Positions 24,790 through 36,770 of a DNA stretch of 64,000 nucleotides are shown in pieces. Numbering within the stretch: the first letter of the stretch is position 1; each line of letters opens with the position of its first letter. The stretch is from positions 4,860,854 through 4,924,853 of the forward strand of contig MU058213.1 of the NCBI GenBank assembly GCA_013265495.1. The letters run 5' to 3'. Under the pieces are notes generated by a model, which was not told the origin of the DNA, did no database searches, and worked only from the letters and a program-made list of their open reading frames with translations. The position numbers and the translations under genes are program-made. This DNA is from Vicugna vicugna. Lineage: Eukaryota.

Positions 24790-24960
24790 CAGTCAAGCTT
24801 CGCAGCGGCTCTGAGAGGTGCTACAATTACCTCCCATTTCACAGGAGAGAAGATTAAGGCTTAGAGAGTGGAGATGACTTGCCCAGGACCTGCCAGCTAA
24901 TGTGTGGCAGAGCCTGAACGCACACTCAGGTTAGTTTGGCTCCAGAGTCCTGTCTGTTAA
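24790..24960 (-). mobile_element. MIR SINE
   Basis: CCCATTTCACAGGAGAGAAGATTAAGGCTTAGAGAG...GACTTGCCCAGG core. Confidence 0.7.
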
Positions 24961-26339
24961 ACAGTGTTCCTCCGACTGACTCCTCTGACGTGAAACCTAG
25001 AATGCCCCAATCCCAGGGCCACAGATTGCTGGAATTTGAAAGGAATAAATGAATCTACCCTAGGCTCCCTTCCCTACCTGATGCCCGAGCTCCATCTGGT
25101 CATCCTCGATGAGATGTCTTCACCCTGGTCCTTGTACAAAGGCTGGGGGATGGCAGAAGGAAAAGTCTGGGAAGCTTACTAGAAAATGAATTTCTGGGTA
25201 TCATCCCAGGTCCACTGTATCAGAGTGTCCTCAGGTCGGGGCCTAGAAATACATTGTTAGCAAGTCCCCAGGGATCCGAGTATGCAGCCCAGCTTGGGGA
25301 CCACTGACAGAGCCACAGTCCAGTGGTGGGGAGTGCCCTGCCTGCCTCGCAGGTTGGCCGGCCCATCATTTCCGCCATGACCCACTGCTTTCCTGTATCT
25401 CCTCTCCTTAGCTAGCTCTGCCTAGTGAAGTATTCCTTAGATTGTATTGAATTCCATCTCCTTGTAGCTTTTACCTGCTGGGCCCCATTCTATATTTTGG
25501 GTTACACAGAACAAGTCTAACCACTCTGCCGCAGCAACAGCCCTCAAGACCTGAAGTCACCAAACATGCTTCCCCAGCACCAAGTCTTTTCTTCTCTAAG
25601 GACAATATTCCAGTTCTGTCACCTGAACCTTTCATTCCTTAGTGTCCGGTTCTTGTAGCATCTGTGTCATAGTCTTCTGAAATCATTTGGATGATGCTTG
25701 TTCCAGAACTGAAGGCCACTTTCCCGGGTGTGGTGGGGCCAGCACCACACAGTAAGGACTTCTGCCTTCCTGATTCCAGACCCTGCTTTCCTTTGAAGGC
25801 ACTTTGACGTTAGATAACATGTTCTGGGTCATGGAGGGGTAGCTTCTGTGGATCTACTGTCCCAGCCCAGCTCCACGTGTGCCCTTAGTACATGACGCTG
25901 CTGAGCCGGGTCTCCTGTATCCTCTGTTGGTGCCCTTGTTGACTTTGGACCCAAGGTGAAGACCATAGATTAACTCCTGCTGGATTCCGTCTTGTCTGAT
26001 TTTGCTCCTTGCTCCAGCCTCTTGAGTTTTGGACTCCTGCCTCTCCTATCAGTAGATGTAGTCACACTGTGGGTTCCAGGGCTGGGTTCGGAGGGGCTCA
26101 GCTGCTGTGTCCGTGTGTGTGGGACCCGGGGCCACACAGCGGTTTATGGTTACTGTTGCTCCAGAAATCTTTACTCCAAGCAGTGACATATTACACACCC
26201 CTCAGTGTCTGTAGCTATGTCTGTATTTTATACAAAGTAGACAATCTTCTTGGCTGTTTTTTGCCAGCTCTGTGTGTCTGTTTCCCAGCTTTTGTGTGCT
26301 CTGATGCTAATAGTCTGTACCTGTGACCTCCAGAGGATT

Positions 26340-26690
26340 TTTCATGGACATAGTGGCCCCTTGTCCCTGGGGAGTGTCACGAATGCCTGTGGGCTGTGTA
26401 CTTCCTCTCTTTCCACCCCCGTTGCAGGCAGTGACTGACTGGTGCAGGAGGGCAGATGCCCAGCTCTTTTATCTGGAGGCAGGACAAACGCTGAGTGCAG
26501 TGTGCACCCCAGAGCTGCCCTGGGATCAGGCTGGATCTGGAACAGTACAAGATGGTACCCTTGCCGACTTCTTCCCCTTCCTGAGGCCCCACTCCCTTCC
26601 TGGTTTCTGCTGGGGACCCTTCCTTAATATCCCCTGCACATGGATCCTTGGTTCAGAATCTGCTTCTGGGAGACGCTGACCTAAGATGGT
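26340..26690 (+). mobile_element. ERVL solo LTR fragment (LTR16-like)
   Basis: TGACTGACTGGTGCAGG...CCCCAGAGCTGCCCTGGGATCAGGCTG...TCTGCTTCTGGGAGACGCTGACCTAAGA end. Confidence 0.62.
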
Positions 26691-27934
26691 GGGTTGCGGC
26701 ATGAACAGCTGTGTCAGATGTTCTACGTGACTACGTATAAAGATTTCAAGGCTTTTTTATTTAAAAAAAGAAAGCTCCAGCAAAATCCTTTTTGCAGAGT
26801 AGCTATTTCATTTTGGGTATAGATTCAAATACAGGTATTAATATCTTAATTGGTCCAAATAGGATTTACTGACCAGTCACCACCAATTTCAGTATTTTCA
26901 GTATTTTTCAGACCCAAATTCCTGAGTCACTCAAGAAAGCACAGGGATGGCAAAAGGAGATGTTCTTTGTCCTGTGTGCTTGGGAAGGCCCCGAATTCCT
27001 TTAGCATTTCTCACCTGACTTCTTCCCTTCTGAGATGAGGAGGAGGATGCTTATTTTGACATTGGGTGGAGTCTGCTTCCTCTTAAAGACAGTCCCAGGA
27101 TTTCTTCCTGAAAAAATAAACACGTAAGATTTTTGCCTTTGCACCTGCAAGTTTCCTACTAAAAGCCCATTTGGCTACTTGGAAGAGCCAGGAGGATGCT
27201 CTGATTGCCCAGGTGTCCAGACTTGTCCCTTTATGTTTAATGCACAACAAAGCCCCAGGGCTAAGAAAGAATCGCTCGTTCTTTACCCATTCATTTTCTT
27301 TGCTGGTTCTCCTCCTCAGCGCTCTGTGGCACTACTGGTCACCTGCTCACTAGGGTAACCTACGATGCACAAAAATCTTCCAACTTTTGGTTGGTCACTT
27401 AGTTTTGTTGATTTTCTGCCTTTCAAATCCATCCCTTCCCTTTCCACCACCACTGGCTCCTCTAGTTCAGAGCCTCTTTATCTCTCATCAGTACTGTTTC
27501 CATAGACCCCAGAGTGCTTGCCCTGTAGTCTATGCCTTCTGTCCATGCCCTTCTCTCTGCTGCCTGTCACTGCCCTGCTCCCCAGCCTTCACTAGCTTCC
27601 TATCCCCTGCAGACTGGTTCTCAGCTTTATCCAAGGCCCTTTGCTGTCCAGCTCCAACCTACTTCGTCTCTGGTCTGTCCCTCCTGTTGGGAAGTTCAGG
27701 CTAGGCAGGGTAACACACATTTCCCGGACCCTCTCACCTCACCGTTTCCTCTGGCCCTGAGTCCGGAATGCCCTGGCCTTTCCCTCCTCATTCTCCAGGG
27801 TCAGCTCCCAGGCCGCCTTCCCAGGGAAGCCTTCCTGCTCTCTCTGGTGGCAGTGGCTTGGAGTCCTTCATCCTCTGCCCACTGCAGTGCTTTGGATGTG
27901 TGTCAAGTCTGGCTCCTCTCCAAGTGTAGCCAGT

Positions 27935-28160
27935 GAACTGTCAAGGACACAGGCCCTGGAGCCATCTCACTGGGGGCTGACGCTTAGCTCCACCACTTAC
28001 CCGCATTGGTACTACGGACAAGTCACTTCCCCAACCTGTGTCCTCATCTGCGAAATAGGGGACATAATAGTACCTTCTTCACTGAGTTGCTAGAAAGGTT
28101 AAATGAGCCGATGCACGTTAAGACTTTGAATACTGTCAGTGCTGTTTAAGTCTTTGCTGT
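27935..28160 (+). mobile_element. MIR SINE
   Basis: GGACAAGTCACTT...CCTCATCTGCGAAATAGGGGACATAATAGTACCT...GTTAAATGAG core. Confidence 0.72.
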
Positions 28161-30529
28161 CATTTTACTTGAAGGGGGCTGTCTTACTCCGTGTCCCCAG
28201 TGCCTGGTATGTGGTATCTGCGTGGTACGTGTTTGTTCAGTGAATTGGCTTATTGCCCTGCTGACTGCACCTTTGTCCATGGGTTAACTGGTGAACACAG
28301 GATTGTTTTCAGGGAGTCCCATTCCCCAGAGTGGACCAGCAGCAGGTTCCAGCCCCCGTGTCTAGACAGGTTTATAAATTCTGTGTATCTGGGTGACTTG
28401 CCTGGGGTATTGGGTTCCTCTCTGACTGCTTTCCTTATCTCTAGGCCCTGTTCTCTGCTTCTCAGACACCTGGTGAAACGGGGTGTTTCTTGTTCTACTT
28501 TATCCAAAGGGGCTTTGTAATTCAATACCCTTGTCCTTGGGTTGGAACTGTGTCCTTTTTCTGTTGTGAAAGTTTGGTCTCTGTTTTGCATTCAGAATGG
28601 GAACATGCCAGGACTTTGGGATGTTGGACAGCTAAATGGGAGGGGAGAAAAGGGAAGCTTCGGAGACGTAAAAGTGAAGAAGGCACAAAATATCAACAAG
28701 CCCGGTTGCTAGGGCTCTGTGACCTGTTCAGTGATTCAATTCCTGATTGTTTCTGCCAAGAACTAACAATAGTCTTTGCCACTGACGACTTTGCTGCAGA
28801 AATGGGTCCTATCATAAGCCCCTCAACTAAGGATGCCTGTAGAGAGTTTGGAGAGAGTTCTGCAGAGAGCACCGTGGACAACTTAGAAAGGGATACGAGA
28901 GAGAAGTCTAGGAGCTGGGGTGGGGGAAGGAGGTGCAAGCCAGTGACTGACTTCAGGAAAATGAAGGGCGTGTATACAGTCAATTTTCTACAGACCTGTA
29001 CTTCAGCAGAGAAATTCAGGACAGCTCTTAGGGTTATGTGGCTATTACTGTGCACAGGGAGGGTGGCAGACCTGAGTTCTGTCATAGCGTCTGTTCCCTC
29101 CACCCAGACAGTGGCACTGCTCCGTCACCAGTGCTCACAGAGGGCTCAGGGTAGACTGGGGCCGTGCTGAAGGGAGCAGAGTGACTGTCCCTACCAGCAC
29201 CCATATCTGTCCTCTTCCTACTGTCAGTCCTGTAGGCCAGGGAGGGCTTCTCGGTGGGGCAGGAGTGCTCGGCTTTTGACTCTTCTTTAAAAAAAAAAAA
29301 TCTTTCCTTTTTGTCTTCTTCTCCCAGAACTCTTTATAGATGTCATCATAGTTTAGAGACTGTGGGACTTCATTTTTGACTTTTGCTGGGCTAGATCCAC
29401 CTTTCCATTGGTTTCTTAGTCCCACCTGCCTTCGTGTATTCCGTCCTCCTCCTCTCCCACTTTCTGAGGGCTTTTCACATTCCTCTCTTCTGCAGTTCCT
29501 TAGGTGTTGGCCTGGCATGGAGGGGCTGTGGCATAAACCAGAGCCTGGCATCTGCCCGCCCACACCACCCACAGCCCTTGGTGACAGCTAGTATGGGGAG
29601 CTTTCCTAGCTGGGACCAACACCACCCTGGGGCTCTGGCCGCTGCAGCTGGCAAAGTGCATGGAGACCCTCACCTGGAATAATCACTCAGATGGAGTCAG
29701 CTTGGAGTCCCTCACCTGCCTTAGAAGCTGGGTTAGCAAGGATCTTAGTTTTCGTTTTGCTTCATCATGAGTGTGTTGAAGTATTGCTCTGTAATATTTC
29801 TTCACTCATTCGACATTTACCTTGCAATTGCAACATGTCAATTACTGTTCTAGGTACTGGGTAGGCAGGTACTAGACAAGATCACTTGCACCAGCAGCTC
29901 ACAAGCTAATGTGTAGTCTGCTGCTTTTGCAATGGACTATAATATAGTGTAGAAAGTATTAACAATATGAAGGATGGACAGATGGAGGAGACATCTGTTC
30001 AGCAACATTCCTTACATTTCTTGAACATCTTCCTTGTTGGTGCCAAACTGGAATTTAGAGACGGGTGAGGCTACTCCCTCGGCCCCCAAAAGCTTACCAT
30101 TAGGGAAGGGGACAGACATGCAATGGAAGACATGGCCTCAAAGAGCTGAGAGGTTCATGAGTATAAGTGTTCAGGGCAGGAGGGTCCTGGAGAGTTTGGT
30201 AGGGAGGGAGTATTTGGGCTTCGAAAGGTGAGTAGAGAGATTGTCTTCCCCTGGTGAGAAGCTTTTATCCTCAGGATAAAGGCCAAAGCCTTCAGCTAAG
30301 CACACCTGGTTCCTCATGGCCCAGCTCCCTTCTGGTGCTTCTCTACCACTGGCCCCTTGCTCTAGGGTATTTTCAGTTCCTAAAAAAATATACCATAGCT
30401 TCTTTTGCCTTCTGCCATCTATGCACCTGCCATTTCTTTTGGCCTGGAATTCCCTCCTCTCTCTGCTAGGGGGCAGCAGAGTGGACAGGCACGGCACTCT
30501 GGTCAGACTGGGGTCCATTGGAGATTTGC

Positions 30530-30710
30530 CACTTTCCAGCCAGGGGAGCTCCTGTTGTGTTACTTAACCTCTTGATGAGTCAACATCCTCATCTGCAAAA
30601 TGGGGATACAGGACAATCATAGTGCCTACCTCAAAGGGTGGTTGTGAGGATTAAATGAGTTAATACATGCAAAGTACTTGCCAGACGGTGTCACAGTAGC
30701 CACTGAATAA
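30530..30710 (+). mobile_element. MIR SINE
   Basis: CCTCATCTGCAAAATGGGGATA...GGTTGTGAGGATTAAATGAGTTAATACATGCAAAGTACTT. Confidence 0.75.
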
Positions 30711-31139
30711 ATACGAGCAAATGAGTAAATATGAATGCTCTATGCCTGCTGTCTTCTACTTGTATTTCAGGTCTTAGGTTAGTCATCACCTCCTCTGGGA
30801 GGCCTTTTCCTACACAGGCCAACTTCCAGGGCCGGTTGTGAGCTCCCATGGGCATCACCTCTTCTACCAAAGCACTGACACCTGTCATTTATCGATGTCC
30901 CCACCAGATTGCAAGCCCCATAGGACAGGGGCCGGGTGATTGTATTGGCTGCTAGGAGGGACACATGGTAGGCATTCGGTAAATATTGCACAAATGACGT
31001 GAGGTGAGGGTCCCATCCATCCCAGAGCCTCCTGGGGCAGCGAGGGGTGGGGATGGGTACTGAGCACCCAGGATAAACAGGCAGGTGGACCTTGACACTT
31101 CAGGCCGTAGAGAGAGCCTGTACGTCCAAGGGGTGCAGG

Positions 31140-31620
31140 GCTCCTTCCCGCCCCGGGACTGACCCTGGGAGGGTGCAGAGCTGTGGGAGGGGAGGTTGGC
31201 GGACAAATTTGGCTGGGTCTGTGCCCTTGGGAGGAAATGTAGCCTAACAGGTCAGGCAAGAGCGCGGGCCGCGCCCCCGGCCCCTCCCCCGGCCCGGCCC
31301 CTCCCCTGCCCTGCGCGCTGCCGGTCTGCGCCGCCCCACTTCCCGCCCCCAGAGCAGGGCGGGCCGAGTGCTTATTCTCCCGCCGGGGAGAAGCTGAGCC
31401 CGCCAGCGGCGCCGCTGCGGGATGCTGCGCTCCACATCCACCGTCACTCTGCTCTCGGGCGGAGGCTCCAGGGCTCCTGGGGCACCCAGCAGGAGGGTGA
31501 GTAGCTGGGGTCGGGAGCTCCCACTGTCCCGATTCTCCATCCAGGCTGCCCGGCTGCGGGGGTCTAGGGGTGGAGACTCACGGGGTCCGGTCCCTGGGCC
31601 CCGACACCCCACCCTGCATG
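31140..31620 (+). promoter_or_regulatory. MYZAP: CpG-island promoter and first exon region of MYZAP, no obvious TATA box
   Basis: Sharp rise in GC and CpG, several GC boxes (CCCGCCCC, GGGCGG) and ETS-like GGAA motifs immediately upstream of the ATG. Confidence 0.85.
31422..31496 (+). CDS. MYZAP: MYZAP coding exon 1 (MLRSTSTVTLLSGGGSRAPGAPSRR)
   Basis: ATG at 31422 in a CpG island. The peptide matches the recalled MYZAP N-terminus. Ends AGG|GTGAGT donor, 75 nt, phase 0. Confidence 0.95.
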
Positions 31621-33799
31621 CAACTTTCCGTCCTGTCCCAGCTCCAGACCTGTCCCAGCTCTGGAGGGGACCCTTTTTTCCTGCACTTCAGAGGTGCCCT
31701 AGTAGCTCAAAGGGCTTAGGGGGGACTTTCTGGAATTCCCAGACATTTCCTCTTCCTGCTCCTCTGTCAGGCCAAGTGTATGGGTGGCACTGGTTTAAGA
31801 AGCAAGGGAGACATTTCTGCAGTGTCTCTGTCGTAGGATTCAAAGATAATAAATGTCTTTACCAGCGAAACATTCCTCATTCCAGTGATGAAAAGAAAGG
31901 ACCCATTGTCCCCACTGGTGATAGAGTAACAGTGGTTTGGAGTGGGCTTAGCAAGGTAGGCTTCATTTTACAAAGGAGAGGCGAGCAGCTGGCCACCCAG
32001 AAGCCCAGCTGTGGGTCCATGCAACCACTTTCTTCTTTCTATTTTACATATTAGTGAAGAGGCAGCAGGGGTAGCCCTGGGTACCATCTCCAGGGAGGTT
32101 GCCCTTTGGAGAAGCAGTGTTTCTCTGCCATCTTTGCTGCATCTTTTCTCACCTCTCCAGGTGCTCTGTGAAAGAAATGCTAGCCACAGGTTACATCTTT
32201 CCCGTTTCATCTCTCTTCTAAGATTGGTGCCTCCGGGCACACGCCCAGGGCCTTGGTCTGTGCCTTTTTTGGTTCATCCATTCATTATGATACTCAGTAC
32301 TCATTATTTGGTGCCTTTTTTTTTGTGGTTGAGACTTCTCTAATCGTATTTCCCTGAGGTTTAGCCAAACAGGTGGTTAAGTGCAAGCTAAGTTCCCCTT
32401 TGGTACTCTTACCTGTTTTCTAGTCTTGTAGATGTGCTTATTTGATTTTGCATACCTCATCCAGGTGATCAGCAGTCACCTTCAGTGCTGCCTTTCTTTA
32501 GCTCTAGAAGAAAGGCACTGTTACTCTTGGGCGTGGGCCACCTGATGGGTTCTGGTGTGTACCTGTGCACTGTTTGTACTCCAGATACTTAGGGTTGACA
32601 GAACTCTGGCTGTCCAGTCATTAGCCTCATAAAGCAAGATCTCCATTACATCCAAGTGGGTTTCCAACCAGTCCCAGCCTTACTCCAAGAGGGCTGTTTG
32701 CTTTATTTTTTATGGAAATCATTGTCATATGGAATGAAATTGCAACTGAGAAAGAATGAAGTCACTGAAAAGCCCTGAGCCTGGACAGGGTCATGCGTGG
32801 GACCAGATTGTGTGGATTGCATGAAATTCTCTTGAGTCTCCTTCCAGAGTGGGCATTAGTTGGGCAGCTAGAATGTTATCATGGGTGGATGGAGATTTGA
32901 CTAGTGTACTAGATAACCTTTCTGAAGATTTTTTTTCTTAAGTATTTACTTTCAAATATTTCTTCAGAAAGTGCTATGGTGTCTGGCACAGTGGACACAC
33001 TATTGAGAAAGCTTTGCCTCTTGGATAAGACAACTGAAATCCTTTGAACTGGAGGGGTTGGTGTCCTGAATCAGACCATGTAGGGCTGCTCTGAGCACAT
33101 GGTTGCTACTTCTGGAAAGAAGACATCTAAGGGTCCTAGGGTTCCCTTTGTGATTTCCACCTCTGCTTATGATTTGCAGATGGCACATGCACTGTGTGTG
33201 CACGCATGTGTATGTGTGGAGCGCGGCAGTGAGCTGATGCTTGATTGATTGATTAACCAACACTTACAGATCTTTTGTGTGATGCAGGGCTAGGTATCGG
33301 GGTGCACTCTACCTGTGGAGGCAGATGTCACAAACTACCGTCACACAAAGTGATGGTGGTAATAATAGGGGCAGAGTGTTGACAAGGTTACGTGGAAGCT
33401 AAAAGGAAAGGTTCTTCTCCAAGCACCTGAGGAAGGCCTCCCTCAGCAGGAGACGTCTGAATTTAGTCTTGCAGGACGAGTGGGAATTTATAGGGTGATT
33501 GACACATTTGGGATTCTGAAAAAAAGAAAGTATCATTTATCTAAATGGAACTCTTGGCGTATATTGTGTAACAGTGGCATACTGGATCTGCTTTAGGGCA
33601 AAACACTTTTTTTTTTTTTTTGAAAAACAAGAACAAGATGTCTTGAGAATAAAATTGTAGACCAAACAAGTAAAAGCAAAAAAGTGTTCCCGAAGTTGAA
33701 AGTTTTTCAATAAACTCTATCATTCTGACTTTCCTTTCTGATATTGGACAGGTGATGGTCTTGGAACAATAACACATTAGCCAGTAAAGTAACATAGCT

Positions 33800-34200
33800 G
33801 TTTCATCCAAAGAGCTTACCAAATTAGGGACTGCAGGGGAACCAGGATGTGTTGTTCCAGACATCCAAGCCAGCCAGAAGTGGTGGTGACAGCTGACACT
33901 GAGCAGGGCATTCTGCGTCAGCCGTCCAGGGTGGTGCGGCCAGACCGGACTGTCACCAGTTACCCTTTGTTCAATAGCTGCCACCTACAATTTGCACTTC
34001 CTTCGTATCTGAAATCTGTCAAGAGAGAAAAAAAAAAAGGTGGGAGAGTAATTTCTGTCAGCTGATAAACAAGCCTGTGAGAGGCATTTATGGATGCCAA
34101 ACAGCCCGGGTTGTAAAATTTAAAAAAAAAAAGCCTGCCTTCAAACCAGTTGTACACTAAAAATAGTTTTATCTGTGGCAACAGCAGGAAGATAAATTGG
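33800..34200. promoter_or_regulatory. Candidate muscle/cardiac enhancer in MYZAP intron 1
   Basis: CArG CCAAATTAGG at 33819-33828, MEF2 CTAAAAATAG at 34157-34166, GATA sites at 34063, 34169 and 34190, E-box CAGCTG at 34059. Confidence 0.45.
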
Positions 34201-36109
34201 CTGGAGAAACACCGTAGACAGATTGATGACCTTGGAGAATTGGAGAAAACATTAAAAAAAATATTGACAGTGCTTCATCATTCTGAAAAGAATTTTGTAA
34301 ATGCGGTTAATCCCAGCGAATGGGACTTTGAAATGATAGGTCAGTTGTGTGGCCAGGTTGTGTGCTTTGGGGGGAAGGCACGTGTTGCTTTGTGCAGCCA
34401 AATATTTTTGGTTAAGCTGTTCAGCCAGGGCAGTGTGAGAGGAGAGATGTGTCCAGGATTTCCCCCAGCACCACGCTCTGTCCATGATAAGAGACTGTTG
34501 GCTGGTGTTACTGGTATGTGGACCCTCGGTAGCACATGAAAAACAAAACAAAACCCAGCAAGGCCACAGGGATAAGACTGTCTCCTGGCCCGCCCTTGCC
34601 AACATTTCTTTATATTTGGCAGGGGCTTCCTCTGTTAAAAACTGGAATGAGCCTGCTGGTCATCACTTCCTTACTCATGCACCACTCTTGGGGCCCATTT
34701 CTGTCTGATTGGCTCAAAATAAAGAATTCTCCTTAGCTGGCTGGTGAATGGGCCCGACAGGTGTTTACCTCACTTCCTTTCCGTTCACAGAAACACCTGT
34801 GTGCAAAACTTCCATGTTGTCTTGTGGGGTGCTGAGGAAGGGACAAGGGGTGCCATGGGACCTCAGCATCTGGGGGAAGAAGCTGGCTGCAGTGTCCTCC
34901 AGGGAGGGGGTGGGCAGGGGGCTGCCTGTACCCAGGAGACAGTCTAGCTGCTCTCCTGTTTAGAGGGGCCCTCCTGAGCCAGCCCCTGACGCTCCCAGTT
35001 GAGGGGTTTTGGAACCCTAGTATCCCCAGGACTTAGCCAAAAAGCCTCTGCCACTAAAAAAGTGAGTTGTAGGCTCAGAAAAAAAATGTCCCAACCTCTC
35101 TGCCTTGATTCACCCATCTTGCTGTGTCAGATGTAGGATAAAGAGACCTGATTTCTGGCGACTCTTAAGGAAAACCTGAGACCCGGAGGCTGGTGTGACC
35201 TCTGAGCTTCTGGGCACTTAGGAAAGCCTTTAAAGTCAGCCTCAAAAATTATAGGAGTGCAGGGAGTTGTGGATCCAGGGCCAACTAACCAGAGACTGCG
35301 CTGAAGTCTTTTCACCTAGGTTTCTTTCAGCGATTCCAGGCATTTGCGGCTTTCTAGCCTCCGGCTGCCACCTCTCTCAGCCTAAAGGTGTTCCGGTGTT
35401 CCCCAGCACTCGGAAGGGTCACACAGAGGTGTCTGCCTCTTTCCCTGCCTAGATGAGTGATGTTTCCTAAATGTCTGTCACACTGTTGACTCTTCTTGGT
35501 CATCTAAGGCCAGAGTGATCTTTCTAAAATGAAAAACCCAGTCACCCAACTCCTCTTTTGGAGTGAGAGCCCCCTCAGTCCTGCCAAGAACAAGTACAAA
35601 CACCCAGGTTTAGCACCAGGCCCTCCTGATGCGGCCTCTGCCCGCCCTGCCCCCTTCTCACACACACTCTTTCCAGATGTTCCAAGTTACTTGCTCTTCC
35701 CCAAGCTTGTAATGCTGTTCCTCACCTCTCCCTTTTCTCATGCTTCTCTGAGGAGGGGTCAGCTCTTCTGTGTTCCCCTAGAGGCCGATGCACCTCATCA
35801 TTGCTTGTACCTCTGATTAACTACATGAGATGAAGGTTTAGGGACTCCCCTCCCCAGGCCTGGTGTAATAGGTGCTCAAGAAGAGGAGTATCACCAGGGC
35901 CCTGAAGGAGCCACGCTTACTTAACATTGGCTTGGCAAACGGGAAAACAGGAAGAGAGGCTTGGGAGGAAGCCAGCCCGTGGCCTCTGGCCCACCTGCGC
36001 AGGAAGCAGGTGCCCAGGGGCTGGGAGTGCGGGCCCAGGTGAGGACTTGGTCAGCGCTGGGGAGGCCTCCAAACATGCCAGTTGCCTCATCCTGTTGTAC
36101 CGTCAGTTT

Positions 36110-36312
36110 CATCCTTTGGTTCAGTCAGTGATTCTCGACTCTTGTTACACATGGGACACTGAGAAGCTTAAAATACCTGCACCCGGGCCCCACCCTAGGC
36201 TGTCTAAGTGAGAACCTCAGCAAGCAGAGGATAAAATTGGGATTGTTTAGGAAGCTCCCCAGGTGATTCTCACGTGCGGCCAAGGATGGGGACTCCTTCC
36301 AAACCGTACTGT
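36110..36312. mobile_element. MER5-family DNA transposon relic
   Basis: CAGTGATTCTC...GGGCCCCACCCTAG...AAGCTCCCCAGGTGATTCT motifs. Confidence 0.55.
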
Positions 36313-36625
36313 CCCCTGATGGCTTTCTTGGAAATGCAGATAGTCCTGGGACCCTGTTCTGGAAGGTCCCTTTGGCCTTGTGGGAAGGTAGGGTGGGGAG
36401 TCCTAACACTTCAGGTCTTTGTGTGCATGCATTTACCTGTGTTTCTCTCTGGGTCTTGGCCTGAGGGGCATGTTGTGAGCCTGGTACAGAAGTGAGCCTG
36501 GTAGAGCAAGAAGGAGAAGCCGCCATCCTCTTATTTATGAATTTTGTCTGGAGTCAGCCCTGACGCAGGAAAGGGGGTTCCAGGCCACTTCATACCACCT
36601 GGAAGAAGTGTCCGCATATGCAGAT

Positions 36626-36770
36626 CAGGGGTCAGTAAGCCACGATCCTGGGGTCAGATCCGGCCCGCGGCCTGCTTTGTACACTCTCAGCTAAGAGTGG
36701 TTTATACAGGGCCTGCAAAACCTCAGTGTTTACTATCTGGCCCTTTACAGAAAAAGTTTGCCTCACCCTG
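36626..36770. mobile_element. MER58A-like hAT MITE
   Basis: CAGGGGTCAGTAA ... TTTACTATCTGGCCCTTTACAGAAAAAGTTTGCCTCACCCTG. 8-bp flanks ATGCAGAT / ATATAGAT match at 6 of 8. Confidence 0.8.

Noticed and set aside
28490..29170. 226-aa + strand ORF upstream of MYZAP
   Set aside because: Non-ATG start, no recognisable domain and no supporting exon structure; consistent with chance.
1..31000. Exons of the expected upstream neighbour CGNL1
   Set aside because: No recognisable CGNL1 coding sequence found; the region appears intergenic.
31422..32054. 210-aa single-exon ORF
   Set aside because: Only the first 25 codons are MYZAP. The rest is read-through past the GTGAGT donor into intron 1.
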